This document shows, one piece after another, positions 11,832-25,480 of a stretch of DNA of 64,000 bases (its first letter is position 1; every line of letters begins with the position of its first letter). The notes beneath the pieces are model-generated. The model searched no databases and had not been told where the DNA came from. It saw only the letters and a program-made list of their open reading frames with translations. This DNA is from Mustelus asterias. Taxonomy: Eukaryota. The translations under genes and the position numbers were made by a program. The DNA lies in assembly GCF_964213995.1 (NCBI RefSeq), contig NC_135807.1, forward strand, positions 90,148,001 through 90,212,000, in the 5' to 3' direction.

Positions 11832-12232
11832 TTGATTTGATTTGATTTATTATTGTCACATGTATTAGTATGCAGTGAAAAGTATTGTTTCTTGCGCACT
11901 ATGCAGACAATGCATACAGTACATAGCGAAGGAAAGGAGAGAATGCAGAATGCAGTGTTACAGCCATTGCTAGGGTATAGAGAAAGATCAACTTAATGCA
12001 AGGTAGATCTATTCAAAAGTCTGATGGTAGCAGGGAAGGAACTGTTTTTGAGTTGGTTGGTACGTGACCTCAGTCTTTTGTATCTTTTTCCTGACAGAAG
12101 AAGATGGAAGAGAGTATATTCGGGGTGCGTGGGTTCCTTAATTATGCTGGCTGCTTTTCCGAGGCAGCGGGAAGTGTAGACAGTGTCAATGGATGGGAGG
12201 CTGGTTTGCGTGATGGACTGGGCTTCATTCAT
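11832..12232 (-). mobile_element. Rex1/Babar-like LINE 3' fragment
   Basis: Reverse-complement homolog of 5466-6008 (AQSITQTSLPSID..YTSRCLGKAASIIK), (GATTT)n tail. Confidence 0.8.
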
Positions 12233-12342
12233 GGAAAGTGGAGTGAAGAATGCCAGATATGGAGCATAAGTAACTGCTCATTTATTGATATATTTTAACG
12301 TAACTAAGTAATTAAAATAAAGTATAGTTAGCTGCACTCATA

Positions 12343-12486
12343 GGGCAGGAATATTCTGGCCGCACACACCCAAAGACCAGAAAACTCCACCTGAGATCAA
12401 TGGACCATTGCATGGTTCACCCCCACCCCCCTACGATTCCCGTGGCGGAGGATGGGGGGGGGGGGGGAACAGGAGAATTCACCCCA
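12343..12486. mobile_element. Short MITE-like element
   Basis: GGGCAGGAATATTC...GAGAATTCACCCC imperfect TIRs. Homologous to 4446-4570. Confidence 0.45.
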
Positions 12487-13504
12487 CGATCTTTTATTTT
12501 TATGTCGTAAAATGTATATTTTTTTAAATCATAAATCTTGCAGCTTCAATCTTTCAGCAAGTGTTTTCAGATTCTAAAAAGAACAAACACATAACTGGTT
12601 TCAATAACATTGCAGAGATTTCCAATTCACAGTAATATTAAGATTATTGTGGGAATGAATAGGGCTCTGTGACACCCTGGTATTTGGGTGTTAGTAGTTC
12701 CTAAAGTTTGAAAATGGAATCTATAATGTGCGTGCATACTCCTGATGGGAAGCAACTGGGATGTCATAATTATGAAGAGGTTGGTGCACACAAACCTCAT
12801 GACTGCCGGCGACATGCAGAACAGACTGATTAAAATGCCAATTAGCATTCAACCCTGATTTGATACCAGCTGCCATTTTCAAGCCCCACACTACAACCTG
12901 CACCATCTCTTAACCTCACAGAGCTGAACGTGACATTTAATGACATGGAGGATTCCCCCAGGAGCGCTATTTAAAGGAATCATGATATAGGCCATTTGCT
13001 GGATTATTTCCTCCAGTTGTTGATGTAATTCTACATGTTCTTGTGAGCTTTTCTATATTTGTCTGAAGTTTCAAAAGTTCTGCAGTGAGTGACTTAACTG
13101 ATGTTGAAGTATTTTTGGTGACTTAAAGGCTTGTACACAAAAATAAGGTAATTGAACTTATTCCCTTATTGCCTCTTGTGGACCTTTACCTGTTCTAGCG
13201 CTTTGACGAAGAGCTTCCCCAATGGCTACAGAATGGCTAGAAGAAAGCTCCTGCCTTTCACTGGAGAAGGCTGCAGATGACCTTGGAGAATGAGCTAAAA
13301 CAGATCTGATCCTACCTCTGACTTCATCACTTGAGACTAGGCAACAGGAATGCGGACTAGCTGGCAAGGGCATTGGTGGGCGGGCAGTGGTGGGAGTATG
13401 AATGCTATAATTCTGAGAATGGACTGCAGTCTCGCAGTCCCTGCAGCCACATCACTTTCAATACAAGACGAGATATTGGCCATCCGATTCTATTTTAATC
13501 TTTT

Positions 13505-14200
13505 TATTCATTTACGGCAGGTGGTTGTCACTGGCTAGGCCAGCATTTATTGCTCATCCCTAGTTACCCTTCAGAAGGTGATGGTGAGCTGCCTTTTTGA
13601 ACCACTCAGTCCCCAATGTGTAGGTACGCCCACAGTGTTGTTAGGGAGGGAGTTGCAGTATTTTGACCCAGTGACAGTGAAGGAAAGGTGATATATTTCC
13701 AAATCAGGATGGTGAGTGACTTGGAGGGGAAACGCCAGCTGGTGGTGCTCCCAGGTATCTGCTGCTCTTGTCCTTCTAGATGGTAGTGGTTGTGGGTTTG
13801 GAAGGTGCTGCTTAAGGAATCTTGGTGTGTTTGTGTAGTGCACCTTGTAGATGGTACATGAAAGTGGTAGTAACCAAGCGGGCTGCTTTGTCCTAGATGG
13901 TGTCAAGCTTCTTGATTGTTCCTGGAGCTGTACTCGTCCAAGCCATTGAAGAGTATTCCATCACACCCCTGGCTTGTGCCTTGTAGATGGTGGACAGGCT
14001 ATGGGGACCTCATGAGGTGAGTTACTCGCTGCAGGATTCCTAGCCTTCAATCTGCTCTGGTAGCCACAGTATTTATATGGCTAGTCCAGTTCAGTTTCTG
14101 GTCAATGGTAACCCCTAGGATGCTGATAGAGAGGGGATTCAGCAATGGTAATCCCATTAAATGTCAAAGGGCGAAGATTAGATCCTCTCTTGCTGGAGAT
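13505..14200 (-). mobile_element. Non-LTR retrotransposon 3' fragment (clade uncertain)
   Basis: CTIYKVH..PRFLKQHLPNPQPLPSRRTRAA peptide. Homologous copies at 32530-32930 and 49990-50630. Confidence 0.7.
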
Positions 14201-14599
14201 AGTCACAGCCTGGCCCATCAAATTCCTCATCTGAGTCCTCTAATCAGGACTAGTGGGCAACTTTGCCATCCGGTGAGCTGCAGGCACCTGTGCTCTCTAT
14301 TCTCCCTGTCCAGCCGCGTGCATTTGGGCCCAGTGTCACACTGCATTGTCCCTTCTCTATCCTATCCTCAAATATCTGTACCTCAGAAATCTGACTGGGG
14401 CTCCAAGTGTAAGATGGAAGTGATGCTGGCCCATAATTTTCATTGTTTCCTTCCTCTCCCCGTTTGGCTGGACAGGTTCCAGTTCTTCAGTGTCTGAAAT
14501 TAATAAGAAAAGTGGATTGTGTTCCAGCGAAGGGAGGGGAGGAAGGAACGTGTGCCAGCACACAAGTCATGCAGCTCCTTAGTTGAAAGAGAGTGAAAG

Positions 14600-15300
14600 A
14601 TGAGGTAAAAGTGGGATGAGAGTGAAAGGATTAGTTATGCTGATAACCTCATCATCAATCACTTCAGCCATGCCAGTAACCACATCCTCACTGATGTCCC
14701 TTCCAATATGGTCAGCATTGTCTTCTCCACGGGGAGTTAAAGCATGCAGATACACTTGTTCCCCTTCAGTTCTTTCCTGCTGCCTGCTGTTAAGCTTAAC
14801 TCCTTCTTACAGAAGGTGGTGTGTGTCAGTGTGTACGAGGTAATGTATTTGGGTGATGTAATTGCTATAGTTGAATTGCCAGTATTTGTGAAATGTGAGA
14901 ACATTTGTAGTTGTGAAGGTAGTCACATTAGTATGTGTGTGAGGGTGAGATACAGTATTTGAATGATAAGGTAGAGTCCTGCTTGATAAAGATTGTTAGG
15001 AGATGGGTGAGGGAGGGATAATGATTTGAACAGTCGGTAGCTAAGTGGCTCAATGACATTTGAAGATAAATTCACTAATGCTGACAGCTCAAATGAGGTC
15101 ATTAAACCTCATCAAGTACAGAATCTAGTGTTTTGCAGCTAAACACTTTAAATTGATCTCCACCCATCTCTCTTTCCATTGTCTCTTCAGCATGTGTCTG
15201 TGGGGCTTCCTGTCCCACTGAACATTAAGAATGTCTCTCCTCCATTCCATATCTTCCACTACGACCTCCAGTGCATTCTTTGAAAACTTTGGTGCATGCA
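14600..15300 (-). pseudogene. Decayed Myb/SANT-like gene of a PIF/Harbinger transposon
   Basis: 15295-15090 translates APKFSKNALEVVVEDMEWRRDIL...KRQW...VEIN...*...RFNDL, a Myb/SANT-like trihelix pattern with a stop. A second segment near 14760 reads GEQVYLHALTP. Confidence 0.6.
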
Positions 15301-16349
15301 TTCACCTATTGTCAGTGAATGAACAACTCAGGGAGTAAGCAACACAAATTAACATCTTACCTGCATTGCAATCAATGGAAAGGGTTAATCAAGTACCGTG
15401 ATCCCTGTTCCCATTTTGGGGATTTTCAATTTAACAAATTCATATGTTCGTAGACCGTGCCCGAACTGATTTTAGAGAGATTGTGGTAGGCTTGACTTTG
15501 TGCGATAATATAAGACGGTGATAACAAATTGGCAGACCGTTTCTCATCTCTCCCTTTTATTTCCATTTAAATCAGACATTGCATGGATTTAAAAAGAATA
15601 GGAAGCACAAGCTTGCATCGATATCATGCCTTTCATATACTCAGGCCCTCAATATCAATGGGCAGGATTTTTCAGATGCTGGGTTTCCTGCCCCGGGGAA
15701 AATTGAGCCCCACAGCCATTTTAGGACATTCCACTCCTTAATCAGGAAGAAGTCCCACTTCAGAGGGGAACATTTCCACTGCTGGGGATACAGGCAGGCA
15801 CCAGGTGGAGATTGGAGGGGACACTCTGGGGGGTGGAGTTGGGTAGGCAAGGCAATGTGACGAGGGAGTATCCAGGGGTCAGACCTCAGTGGAGGGCGGG
15901 GGCAGGCGGGAGGATGGTGGGTGTGGGAGTGCGATCAGTGATGGAGCCACCTACCCCCCCATTTCCCACCAAAGGCCTGAGTAATGCAATTTGCCAGGCT
16001 TATGCCTGTTGTGATATTGCTTTCGAAGAATATGTCAATGAGTAAGTAGTCAGGATTTTAATCACGTGACCAGTAGACAATGCCCAGAGGAGCTTTCAGT
16101 TTAGTTAGCTGCATATGCTGCGAAAGGATTGCAGTTGGATTTCCATGTTAACAATAGCTGTTGAATCTTTGTAGTAAGTCTGTCTGCTGAGCAATCCTGT
16201 ACTACTTTTTCAAATAGACCAAACAGAAGTTTGGTTCACAAGTCCTGTGTGAGATTGGGAAGTTTATATGAATCAAATACAGAAATACAATACTGCTACA
16301 TCTCTGACCTCCTCTCATTGATCACAAAATTGTGGTTGGGCAGAAAGCA

Positions 16350-16965
16350 GACGAACATGGGAACAAAGGGCAGGAGTAGACCATTCAGCCCCTCGAGCCT
16401 GTTCCATCATTTAATATGATCATGGCTGATCTGATAGTAACCTAAAATTAACATCCTGCTTATCTCCAATATCCTATCTTCCCTTTGCTTACCAAGAATC
16501 TATCCATCTCTGCCTTAAAATATTCAAAGACTTTGCTTCACCACCTTTTCAGGAAGAGAGTTCCAAAGACTCACGGCACTCAGAGAGAAAAAGATTCACC
16601 TCATCTCCATTTTAAATGGGTGACCCAATGAACCCTAGTTCTCGATTCTCCCACAACAGGAAATATTCTTTCCACATCCAACCTGTCAAGAAACCTCAGG
16701 ATCTTATATGTGTCAATCAAGTTGCCTCTTACCCTTCTAAACTCCAATGGATACAAGCCAAACCTGTCCACCCTTTGCTCACAAAACGACACAGCCATTC
16801 TACATGTTAATCTGGTAAACCTTCCCTGACCTTCCTCCATTGCATTTGCATCCTTCCTTAAATAAAGTGATCAATAGTGTACACACTACTCCACTAGTCT
16901 CACTAGGGCACTCTACACCGAAAGTATAACACCATTACTTTTGTATTCAAATCCCCTTGGAATAA
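16350..16965 (-). mobile_element. Old CR1-like LINE 3' part
   Basis: QGRFTRL...GLYPLEFRRVRGNLIDTYKIL peptide and a CR1 tail. Confidence 0.85.
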
Positions 16966-16969
16966 ATTA

Positions 16970-17905
16970 GAATGGGCGTGAACCTGATTTAAATACACTT
17001 TAATAGATTTTAATGTTACTAACACACCCCTTCACCATATATTGACCCCCTGCCGTATACTCATACCACGGTTTACAACAGGTTCAGCCGGACGTCAACT
17101 TGTTGGGATCCCTCTGGGGATGTAAAGGTGAGTACAGCCCCCAGGAATGAGGGACATGGTCAGGCAATGGTCTGGCAATGCCCCCTGGCACTTTCCCTGG
17201 CACAGATTGGCAGTAGCAGATTGGCACCATGCCAGCCTGGCATTGCCAACCTGTGCCAAGGGGCAGTGCCAGGGACGGATCCCAGTGGGAACCACATGGG
17301 GAGGGGGCGGGATTCAGATGTGGGAGCTAGGAACGCCAACGATGGCTATTTCAGGGGAGAGGTAGGTGTGCATTGACTGTGTGAGTTGAGGAAAAGTGGG
17401 GGAGGGGTCCGGTGTTCAGGAGGAGGGGGGGATGCTGACAGTGACTGTTGGGAATGGAGGGAGAGGTGCCGATTCTGGGGAGGGGTGGAGGCATTGCCAG
17501 CTCTGTTGAGGGGAGAAGTGCCGGTTCTGATGCGGGGGGAGCGCAGGGGAGTGTCCGTTCTGATGGGGGGAGAAATGCTGGCTCTAATTGGGGGGGTGTT
17601 TGATGGGGAGAGGTGGCAGCTCCAACACAACTCCGATCGGGGGTGGGGATGAGGGGGAGTCCTGAGACCTCTATGGTGGGTTGGAGGTGGTGGGGGGGAG
17701 GTTTATTCATGATCTGATCAGAACGCCCTTTAAACATAGTGCCCCGAACTCAGTGCAGCTGGTGTTTGCTGGTATGTGTAGGCCCCACCCCCTGCATGAC
17801 ATCATGAAACTTGCTCACCTGTGTTTTTTTGACAGAATATGGTAAGATCTGGAGAGAAACACATTGTTTTTCTCACCAGAACCAACACTTTCTGATATGA
17901 TCACC
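16970..17905 (-). mobile_element. GC-rich non-autonomous DNA element related to 25481-26628 and 30889-32026
   Basis: Shared GGCA/TGCC motif cluster and G-runs in the opposite orientation. It interrupts a CR1. Confidence 0.5.
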
Positions 17906-18587
17906 CCCATAGCCTCAGACCAACTCCACTCTCCCTCAAACTGGATGTAAAATTCAATCATATTATGATCACTGCTACCTAGGGGCTCCTTCACTAGGAG
18001 ATCATTAATTACTTCTATCTCGTTGCACAATACCAAGTCTAATATAGTCTGCTCTGACTGGCTTCAGAACATGCTGTACTAAGAAACTATCCCAAAAACA
18101 TTCAATGAACTCCTCATCTGGGTTACCTTTGTCCATCTGACTTTTCCGTCTATATATAAATTAAAATTTCCGATGATTAGCTCTGTATCTTTCTGACAAG
18201 TTCCATTATTTCTTCCTCTACACAACCCGCACAAGTGACTTCTTGGCCGAATTCCCCAATGTCATTCACTGTACCCCCACTGCCAGTAAGAACTTGATGC
18301 TCAGCCAAATCTCCATTCACACAGCAATGGGACTGGCGAATCCCAGCTCCAGGTGAGATCGGAGAGTTTTGGCCCTTGCCTTTACCGTTTCTTATCTCTA
18401 CCCACATCAGAGGGTTTCCTGAACTTAAGTCATCCTTCTCTACTGTGCTAATGCCATCAATATCTATCAGAGCCACCTGTCCACATTTTCATCACTTCCT
18501 GTCCTTCCTAAATACCATGTACCCTTCAATATTTAGGCCCCAATCCATGTTCCCCTGCAGACATGTCTCCGTAATGGCTTTCAATTC
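17906..18587 (-). mobile_element. Old CR1 endonuclease-region fragment with an internal MITE (~18245-18375)
   Basis: VLCNE..INDLLVKEPLGSSDHNMIEF and WVEIRNGKGK peptides. Confidence 0.75.
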
Positions 18588-18669
18588 ATCATAGAAATCA
18601 TAGAAACCCTACAGTGCAGAAGGAGGCCATTCGGCCCATCGAGTCTGCACCGACCACAATCCCACCCAG

Positions 18670-21248
18670 ACATAAGAACATAAGAACATAAGAAATAGGA
18701 GCAGGAGTAGGCCATCTAGCCCCTCGAGCCTGCCCCGCCATTCAATAAGATCATGGCTGATCTGACGTGGATCAGTACCACTTACCCGCCTGATCCCCAT
18801 AACCCTTAATTCCCTTACCGATCAGGAATCCATCCATCCGCGCTTTAAACATATTCAGCGAGGTAGCCTCCACCACCTCAGTGGGCAGAGAATTCCAGAG
18901 ATTCACCACCCTCTGGGAGAAGAAGTTCCTCCTCAACTCTGTCTTAAACCGACCCCCCTTTATTTTGAGGCTGTGTCCTCTAGTTTTAACTTCCTTACTA
19001 AGTGGAAAGAATCTCTCCGCCTCCACCCTATCCAGCCCCCGCATTATCTTATAAGTCTCCATAAGATCCCCCCTCATCCTTCTAAACTCCAACGAGTACA
19101 AACCCAATCTCCTCAGCCTCTCCTCATAATCCAAACCCCTCATCTCCGGTATCAACCTGGTGAACCTTCTCTGCACTCCCTCCAATGCCAATATATCCTT
19201 CCTCATATAAGGGGACCAATACTGCACACAGTATTCCAGCTGCGGCCTCACCAATGCCCTGTACAGGTGCATCAAGACATCCCTGCTTTTATATTCTATC
19301 CCCTTCGCAATATAGGCCAACATCCCATTTGCCTTCTTGATCACCTGTTGTACCTGCAGACTGGGCTTTTGCGTCTCATGCACAAGGACCCCCAGGTCCC
19401 TTTGCACGGTAGCATGTTTTAATTTGTTTCCATTGAGATAGTAATCCCATTTGTTATTATTTCCTCCAAAGTGTATAACCTCGCATTTCTCAACGTTATA
19501 CTCCATTTGCCATATCCTCGCCCACTCACTCAGCCTGTCCAAATCTCTCTGCAGATCTTCTCCGTCCTCCACACGATTCACTTTTCCACTTATCTTTGTG
19601 TCGTCTGCAAACTTCGTTACCCTACACTCCGTCCCCTCCTCCAGATCATCTATATAAATGGTAAACAGTTGCGGCCCGAGTACCGATCCCTGCGGCACGC
19701 CACTAGTTACCTTCCTCCAACCGGAAAAACACCCATTTATTCCGACTCTTTGTTTCCTGTCGGATAGCCAGTCCCCAATCCACTTTAACACACTACCCCC
19801 AACTCCGTGTGCCCTAATCTTCTTCAGCAGCCTTTTATGGGGCACCTTATCAAACGCCTTTTGGAAATCCAAAAACACCGCATCCACCGGTTCTCCTCCA
19901 TCAACCGCCCTAGTCACATCTTCATAAAAATCCAACATGTTCGTCAAGCACGACTTTCCGTTCATGAATCCATGCTGCGTCTGATTGATCGAACCATTTC
20001 TATCCTGATGCCCTGCTATCTCCTCTTTAATAATGGATTCCAGCATTTTCCCTACTACAGACGTTAAGCTGACCGGCCTATAGTTACCCGCCTTTTGTCT
20101 CCTTCCTTTTTTAAACAGCGGCGTAACATTAGCCGTTTTCCAATCAACCGGCACTACCCCAGAATGCAACGAGTTTTGATAAATAATCACTAACGCATCC
20201 ACTATTACCTCTGACATTTCTTTCAATACCCTGGGATGAATTCCATCCGGACCCGGGGACTTGTCCACCTTCAGTCCCATTAGTCTACCCAGCACTGCCT
20301 CTCTGGTAACATTAATTGTATTAAGTATTTCTCCTGCTGCCAACCCTCTATCGTTAATATTTGGCAAACTATTTGTGTCCTCCACCGTGAAGACCGACAC
20401 AAAAAACTTATTTAAAGACTCAGCCATATCCTCATTTCCCACTATTAACTCCCCCCTCTCGTCCTCCAAGGGTCCAACATTCACTCTAGCCACTCTATTC
20501 CTTTTTATATATTTATAAAAACTTTTACTATCATTTTTTATATTAATTGCTAGCCTAGCTTCATAGTCTATCCTTCCTTTCTTTATCGCTTTCTTAGTCT
20601 CTCTTTGTTGTTTCTTAAATTTTTCCCAATCACTTGTTTCTCCACTATTTTTGGCCACTCTGTACGCAGCTGTTTTTATTTTAATACTCTCCTTTATTTC
20701 CTTCGTTATCCACGGCTGGTTCTCCCTTTTCTTACAATCCTTGTTTTTTGCTGGAATATATTTTTGCTGAGAACTGAAAAGGATCTCCTTAAAAATCCTC
20801 CACTGTTCCTCAGCTATCCTACCTGCCAGCCTGCTCTCCCAGTCTACCTTAGCCAATTCATCCCTCATCCTATCATATTTCCCTCTGTTCAAACAGAGGA
20901 CACTGGTTTGAGACCAAACTTTCTCCTCTTCCATCTGAATCAGAAATTCGACCATATTGTGGTCACTAGACCCAAGAGGGTCCTTCACAATAAGATCCTT
21001 AATTCTACCTACCTCGTTACACAATACCAGATCCAAAATAGCTCGTTCCCTCGTCGGTTCCGTAACATGCTGTTCAAGGAAACTATCCCGACAGCATTCT
21101 AAGAACTCTTCCTCCATTCCACCCTTACCGACTTGAGTCTGCCAGTCAATGTGCATGTTGAAGTCCCCCATGATTATTGCCGTTCCGTTTTTACACGCAT
21201 CCCTTATCTGCTTGTTTACAGCCCTCCCTACCTCAACATTATTATTGA
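18670..21248 (-). mobile_element. Young 5'-truncated CR1/HER1-like LINE
   Basis: Uninterrupted ORF2 portion, short 3'UTR and (TTCTTATG)n tail. Confidence 0.95.
18772..21248 (-). CDS. CR1 ORF2, partial (end of AP endonuclease plus reverse transcriptase)
   Basis: MGDFN, SDHNMV, KSPGPDG, NYRPVSLTS, DFQKAFDKVPH, SGVPQGSVLGP, KFADD. The first ~16 aa of the 840-aa track ORF are read from SINE sequence. Confidence 0.9.
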
Positions 21249-21623
21249 CCCTACCCCCACATATTTTACCCGCTAATCCCTCTAACCTACGCATCCCAGG
21301 ACTCGAAGGGACAATTTTTTTAACTGGCCAATCAACCTAACCCGCACATCTTTGGACTGTGGGAGGAAACCGGAGCACCCGGAGGAAACCCACGCAGACA
21401 CGAAGAGAATGTGCAAACTCCACACAGACAGTGACCCGAGCCGGGAATCGAACCCGGGACCCTGGAGCTGTGAAGCAGCAGTGCTAACCACTGTGCTACC
21501 GTGCCCCCCTAAACATATTTACTTGTTTCTATGTGCTCTCTCAGTTCACCTGTTTTATCTTGAATGCTACATGCATCTGAATATAGTGTTTTTAGTTTTA
21601 TCTTTTTAATTCTTTTTTATGAC

Positions 21624-23725
21624 GTGGAGATGCCAGTGTTGGACTGGGGTGGGCACAGTAAGAAGTCTCACAACACCAGGTTAAAGTCCAACAGGTTTAT
21701 TTGGTAACACAAGCTTTCGGAGCGCTGCTCCTTCATCAGGTGAGTGGAGAATCGGGTTCGCTAACAGGGTATATACAGACACAGACTCAATTACAAGATA
21801 ATGGTTAGAATGTGAGTCTTAACAGGTAATCAAGTCTTTACAGGTACAGACAATGTGAGTGGAGAGAGGGTTAAGCACAGGTTAAAGAGGTGTGAATTAT
21901 CTCAAGCCAGGACAGTTAGTAAGATTTTGCAAACCCAGGCAAGTTGTGGGGGTTACAAATAGTGTGACATGAACCCAAGATCCCGGTTGACGATGTCCTC
22001 ATGTGTGCGGAACTTGGCTATCAGTTTCTGCTCAGTGATTCTGCATTGTCGTGTGTCTTCAAGGCCGCCTTGGAGAATGCTTACCCGAAAATCGGAGGCT
22101 GAATGCTCTTGACTGCTGAAGTGTTCCCCAACAGGAAGGGAACACTCCTGCCTGGTGATTGTCAAGTGGTGTCCAATCATCCGTTGCCATCGTGTCTGCA
22201 CAGTCTCCCCAATGTACCATGCCTCAGGACATCCTTTCCTGCAGCGTATCAGGTAAACAACGTTGGCCGAGTCGCATGAGTATGTATCATGTACCTGGTG
22301 ATGCTGTTCTCATGTGAGATGATAGCATCCATGTCGATGAGCCTGCATGCCTTGCAGAGGTTGCTGTGGCAGGGTTGTGTGGTGTCATGGTTGCTGTTCT
22401 CCTGAAGGCTGGGTAGTTTTGTGCGAACAATGGTCTATTTGAGGTTGCATGGTTGTTTGAAGACAAGTAGTGGGGGTGTGGGGATGACCTTGGCGAGATG
22501 TTTGTCTTCATCGATGACATGTTGAAGGCTCCAAAGAAGATGTCATGGCTTATCCGCTCCAGGGAAATACTGGATGATGAAGGGTACGCTGGTGGCCGTG
22601 TCCTGTGTTTGTCTTCTGAGGAGGTCGGTGTGGTTTTTCACTGTGGTGAGTCAGAACTGTCGATCAATGAGCCGAGCGCCATATTCTGTTCTTATGAGGG
22701 CATCTTTCAGCGTCTGGAGGTGTCTGTTGCGATCCTCCTCATCTGAGCGGATCCTGTGTATACGGAGGGCTTGTCCGTAGGAGATTTCTTCTTTAACGTG
22801 TTTAGGGTGGAAGCTGGAGAAGTGGAGCATCGTGAGGTTATCCGTGGGCTTGCGGTATAGTGAAGTGCTGAGGTGACCGTCCTTGATGGAGATGCGTGTG
22901 TCCAAGAATGCAACCGATTCTGAAGAGTAGTCCATGGTGAATCTGATGGTGGGATGGAACTTGTTGATGTCATCATGTAGTTGTTTCCGTGAGTCCAAAA
23001 GAAGAAAATGTCATCGATGTATCTAGTGTATAGCGTCGGTTGAATGTTCTATGCGGTGAATAGCCCTTATTCGAATCTGTGCATGAAGACGTTGGCATAT
23101 TGAGGTGTGAATTTGGTCCCCATGGCAGTCCCATGTGTCTGGATATTGAAGGTGAATACGTTGTAGTCCAGGATGAAGCAGGTGAGTTGTAGAATTGCAT
23201 CTGGAGATTGGCAGTTGTCGGTCTTGAGCATTGAGGCAGTTGCAGCAATGTCGTTGTCGTGGGGGATGCTGGTATAGAGTGCCGAGACATCCATTGTGAT
23301 GAGGAGTATTCCTGGTTTGACTGCTTCATGGGTGCTGGGTTTCTGCAGGAAGTCCATAGTGTTGTGACAGGAGCTAGGTGTTCTTTGTACAATGGGTTTC
23401 AGGATGCCCTCGACATAGCCAGAGACGTTCTCACACAGGGTCCCATTGTCTGATACGATAGGATGGCCGGATGTATCTTCGGGAGGCAGTAGAGATCTCC
23501 AACGTGGGAAGTACGTGGGATGAGAGCATGGAGGGCGCTCTGAAGGTCTGGATCAAAGGTCTTGATCAGTCTGTTGAGTTGGCAGGTGTGTTCTTCATTA
23601 GATCTGCGGGTAACTGTAATGTTCCTGGTTGTTCAGTTGTCGGTAAACTTCTTTGCAGTAATCTGTTCAGTATGACGGTGGCCCTTCCTTTGTCTGCTGG
23701 TTTGATGACAATGTTACGACAACCG
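21624..23725 (-). mobile_element. Penelope-like element (RT + GIY-YIG endonuclease), frameshifted and 5'-truncated, with 3' pLTR
   Basis: MDVSALYTSIPH, GTAMGTKF.PQYANVFM, RYIDDIF, FLDTRISI, LYRKPTD. NVVYLIRC..C..AWYIGET at ~22270-22200. Confidence 0.92.
21708..21742 (-). ncRNA. Minimal type I hammerhead ribozyme motif in the PLE pLTR
   Basis: CAC-CUGAUGA-A-GGAGC AGC GCUCC-GAAA-GCUU-GUG: conserved core, 5-bp stem II, palindromic stem III, CAC/GUG stem I. Confidence 0.75.
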
Positions 23726-23820
23726 TGTACCCGAACAGGTGCCAGAGTGTGGTGACTCGGGGATTTTCACAGTACCTTCATTGCAGTGTGAATGTAAGCC
23801 TACTTGTGATGAATAAACTT
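23725..23820 (+). mobile_element. SINE/LINE 3' tail fragment (same tail as the SINE at 28449-28753)
   Basis: GGGGATTTTCACA..TTCATTGCAGTG..TAAGCCTACTTGTGAT..AATAAA is shared between the two. Confidence 0.7.
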
Positions 23821-25480
23821 TGCTTTCTTTCCAACATGCTTTGGGTATAGACTGTCATCAAGGCACTGACTTCACTTTCTCTAGATGCCAGTGCCCCACG
23901 AACTGGAACCCTCTTTTCACACACCAGTCTTTGAGATCCTTCATCTGATTTGTCCTATGTCAATTTTCACGTAGCTCAGGTAAAAATCTAGAGATTGTGA
24001 CTTTGAGGATCTGCTTCTTAATTTGGTGCCAAGGTTCTCATACTAACTATGCAGACCTTCCTTCTTTGTCCTGCCTATGTTGTAGGTATCTACATGGAAC
24101 AAGACAACTGGATCTTCCCCCCACCCCTCCATCCCCCTTCTTTCACTGCAAGCTCCTCTCCAACCCCAAGCAGAAGTCCTGAACCCCTGGCACTGGGTAA
24201 AGAATAAAGCTGGCCCGACACTCGCTCTTTGCTGCAGAGAATTGGTCACTTCACATCCCCAGTGGGGAAAGGTTGGGTGAGCTGCCCTAGACCTCTTCTG
24301 CCTCAAGTAAAATTTCAAAGGCTGAAGTGACGGAAAGGCCATCCTGAAAATATTATGCCCTCCAACGCCTATCAAATCCTCACCCCATCCTGTCTGCAAA
24401 CACACTGGTGGATGCCTGTAAAATTCTGCCGAACAAATTGTTTTGAAATTGTAGTTACTCTTGTGGCAAATTACAACACAGTAATCTATGAGGTGTTTGT
24501 GTAGGTGTCTCAATCTAATTAAATTGTACAGTCAAATCTCAGAAGTGAGAATTAAATCAGTGATCTTTCACCTCAAAGCTGAATGTGCCAGCACCTCGGC
24601 ATGGCCTTGTTAGGTGGAGTGGGACATTGAAGGTTTTCATTCCCTTATAGAATTTTAAAATGATCTGGATTGACTGCTTTCTGTAAACTATTCAATGTTA
24701 ACTGCTGGGAGAAGGACTCTGTGTATTTATACACAAAACCATTCCATACAAGCTGTATAAATGAAACAGTGCTGGAAAAAAGCAACACTGCTGCTAACAT
24801 TTTCATCCCGAAGCTTTTCAAAAATTTTAGTTAGCGTATATTGTCATGTAAAGAGCATCTCAGACCAAGAAATTGTCTTCGTTATGCAATACTCAAGGAT
24901 GGAGCAAGAATGGAGTAGAATTCCAAATTTAATTGCTTTGATCTTTCAGAAAGCCTATCAGAAACTCCTTTTGTTCCGCTCCACCTTCTGCTGCTAATAT
25001 AGCATTGTTCCTGTTTCTAGGGGTGGGTGTGTAACTCTGACTCAGTACATGAAACACATGGCTTGGCTAAGGATGCAGCCAGGAGCATTGCAGCCACAGG
25101 ACTGAACTAAGCACCGGGGCTTGCTAATATCGATCGGCCAAAGATTGTGTGGCAATTGCACAAACTTGCAACATGAAACTGGGGCCGACGATGCTCATTA
25201 AATGTTCCCAAGAGGAGATGGAGTTTTCAGCAACCCACCTCGTGACGGCCGGAATCGACACGGATGTGACGGGAAAATCTGGGGTACAAATATTCCCACC
25301 CCACCTGCCACAATGCCCGCTGCAGGCAGGGCCAGAAAATACCAGCTGCTGTTTTGATTAAATCAAATGATTTGTTGGGTGGAGGGGCATGAGAGAGGGT
25401 CAAAGAGATCACAGTCTCCTAATACCTACTCATTGGCTTCACTGCTGTAAGTGATGATACAACCCAATGCAAACATAAAG

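Larger units (their letters stand above)
18588..21508 (-). mobile_element. HE1 V-SINE split in two (18588-18669 and 21249-21508) by a LINE insertion
   Basis: The halves rejoin as CCCACCCAG|(A)CCCTACCCC, matching the intact copies. Confidence 0.9.

Noticed and set aside
18772-21294. 840-aa ORF as a complete or novel gene
   Set aside because: It is a 5'-truncated CR1 ORF2 whose apparent start lies in flanking SINE sequence.
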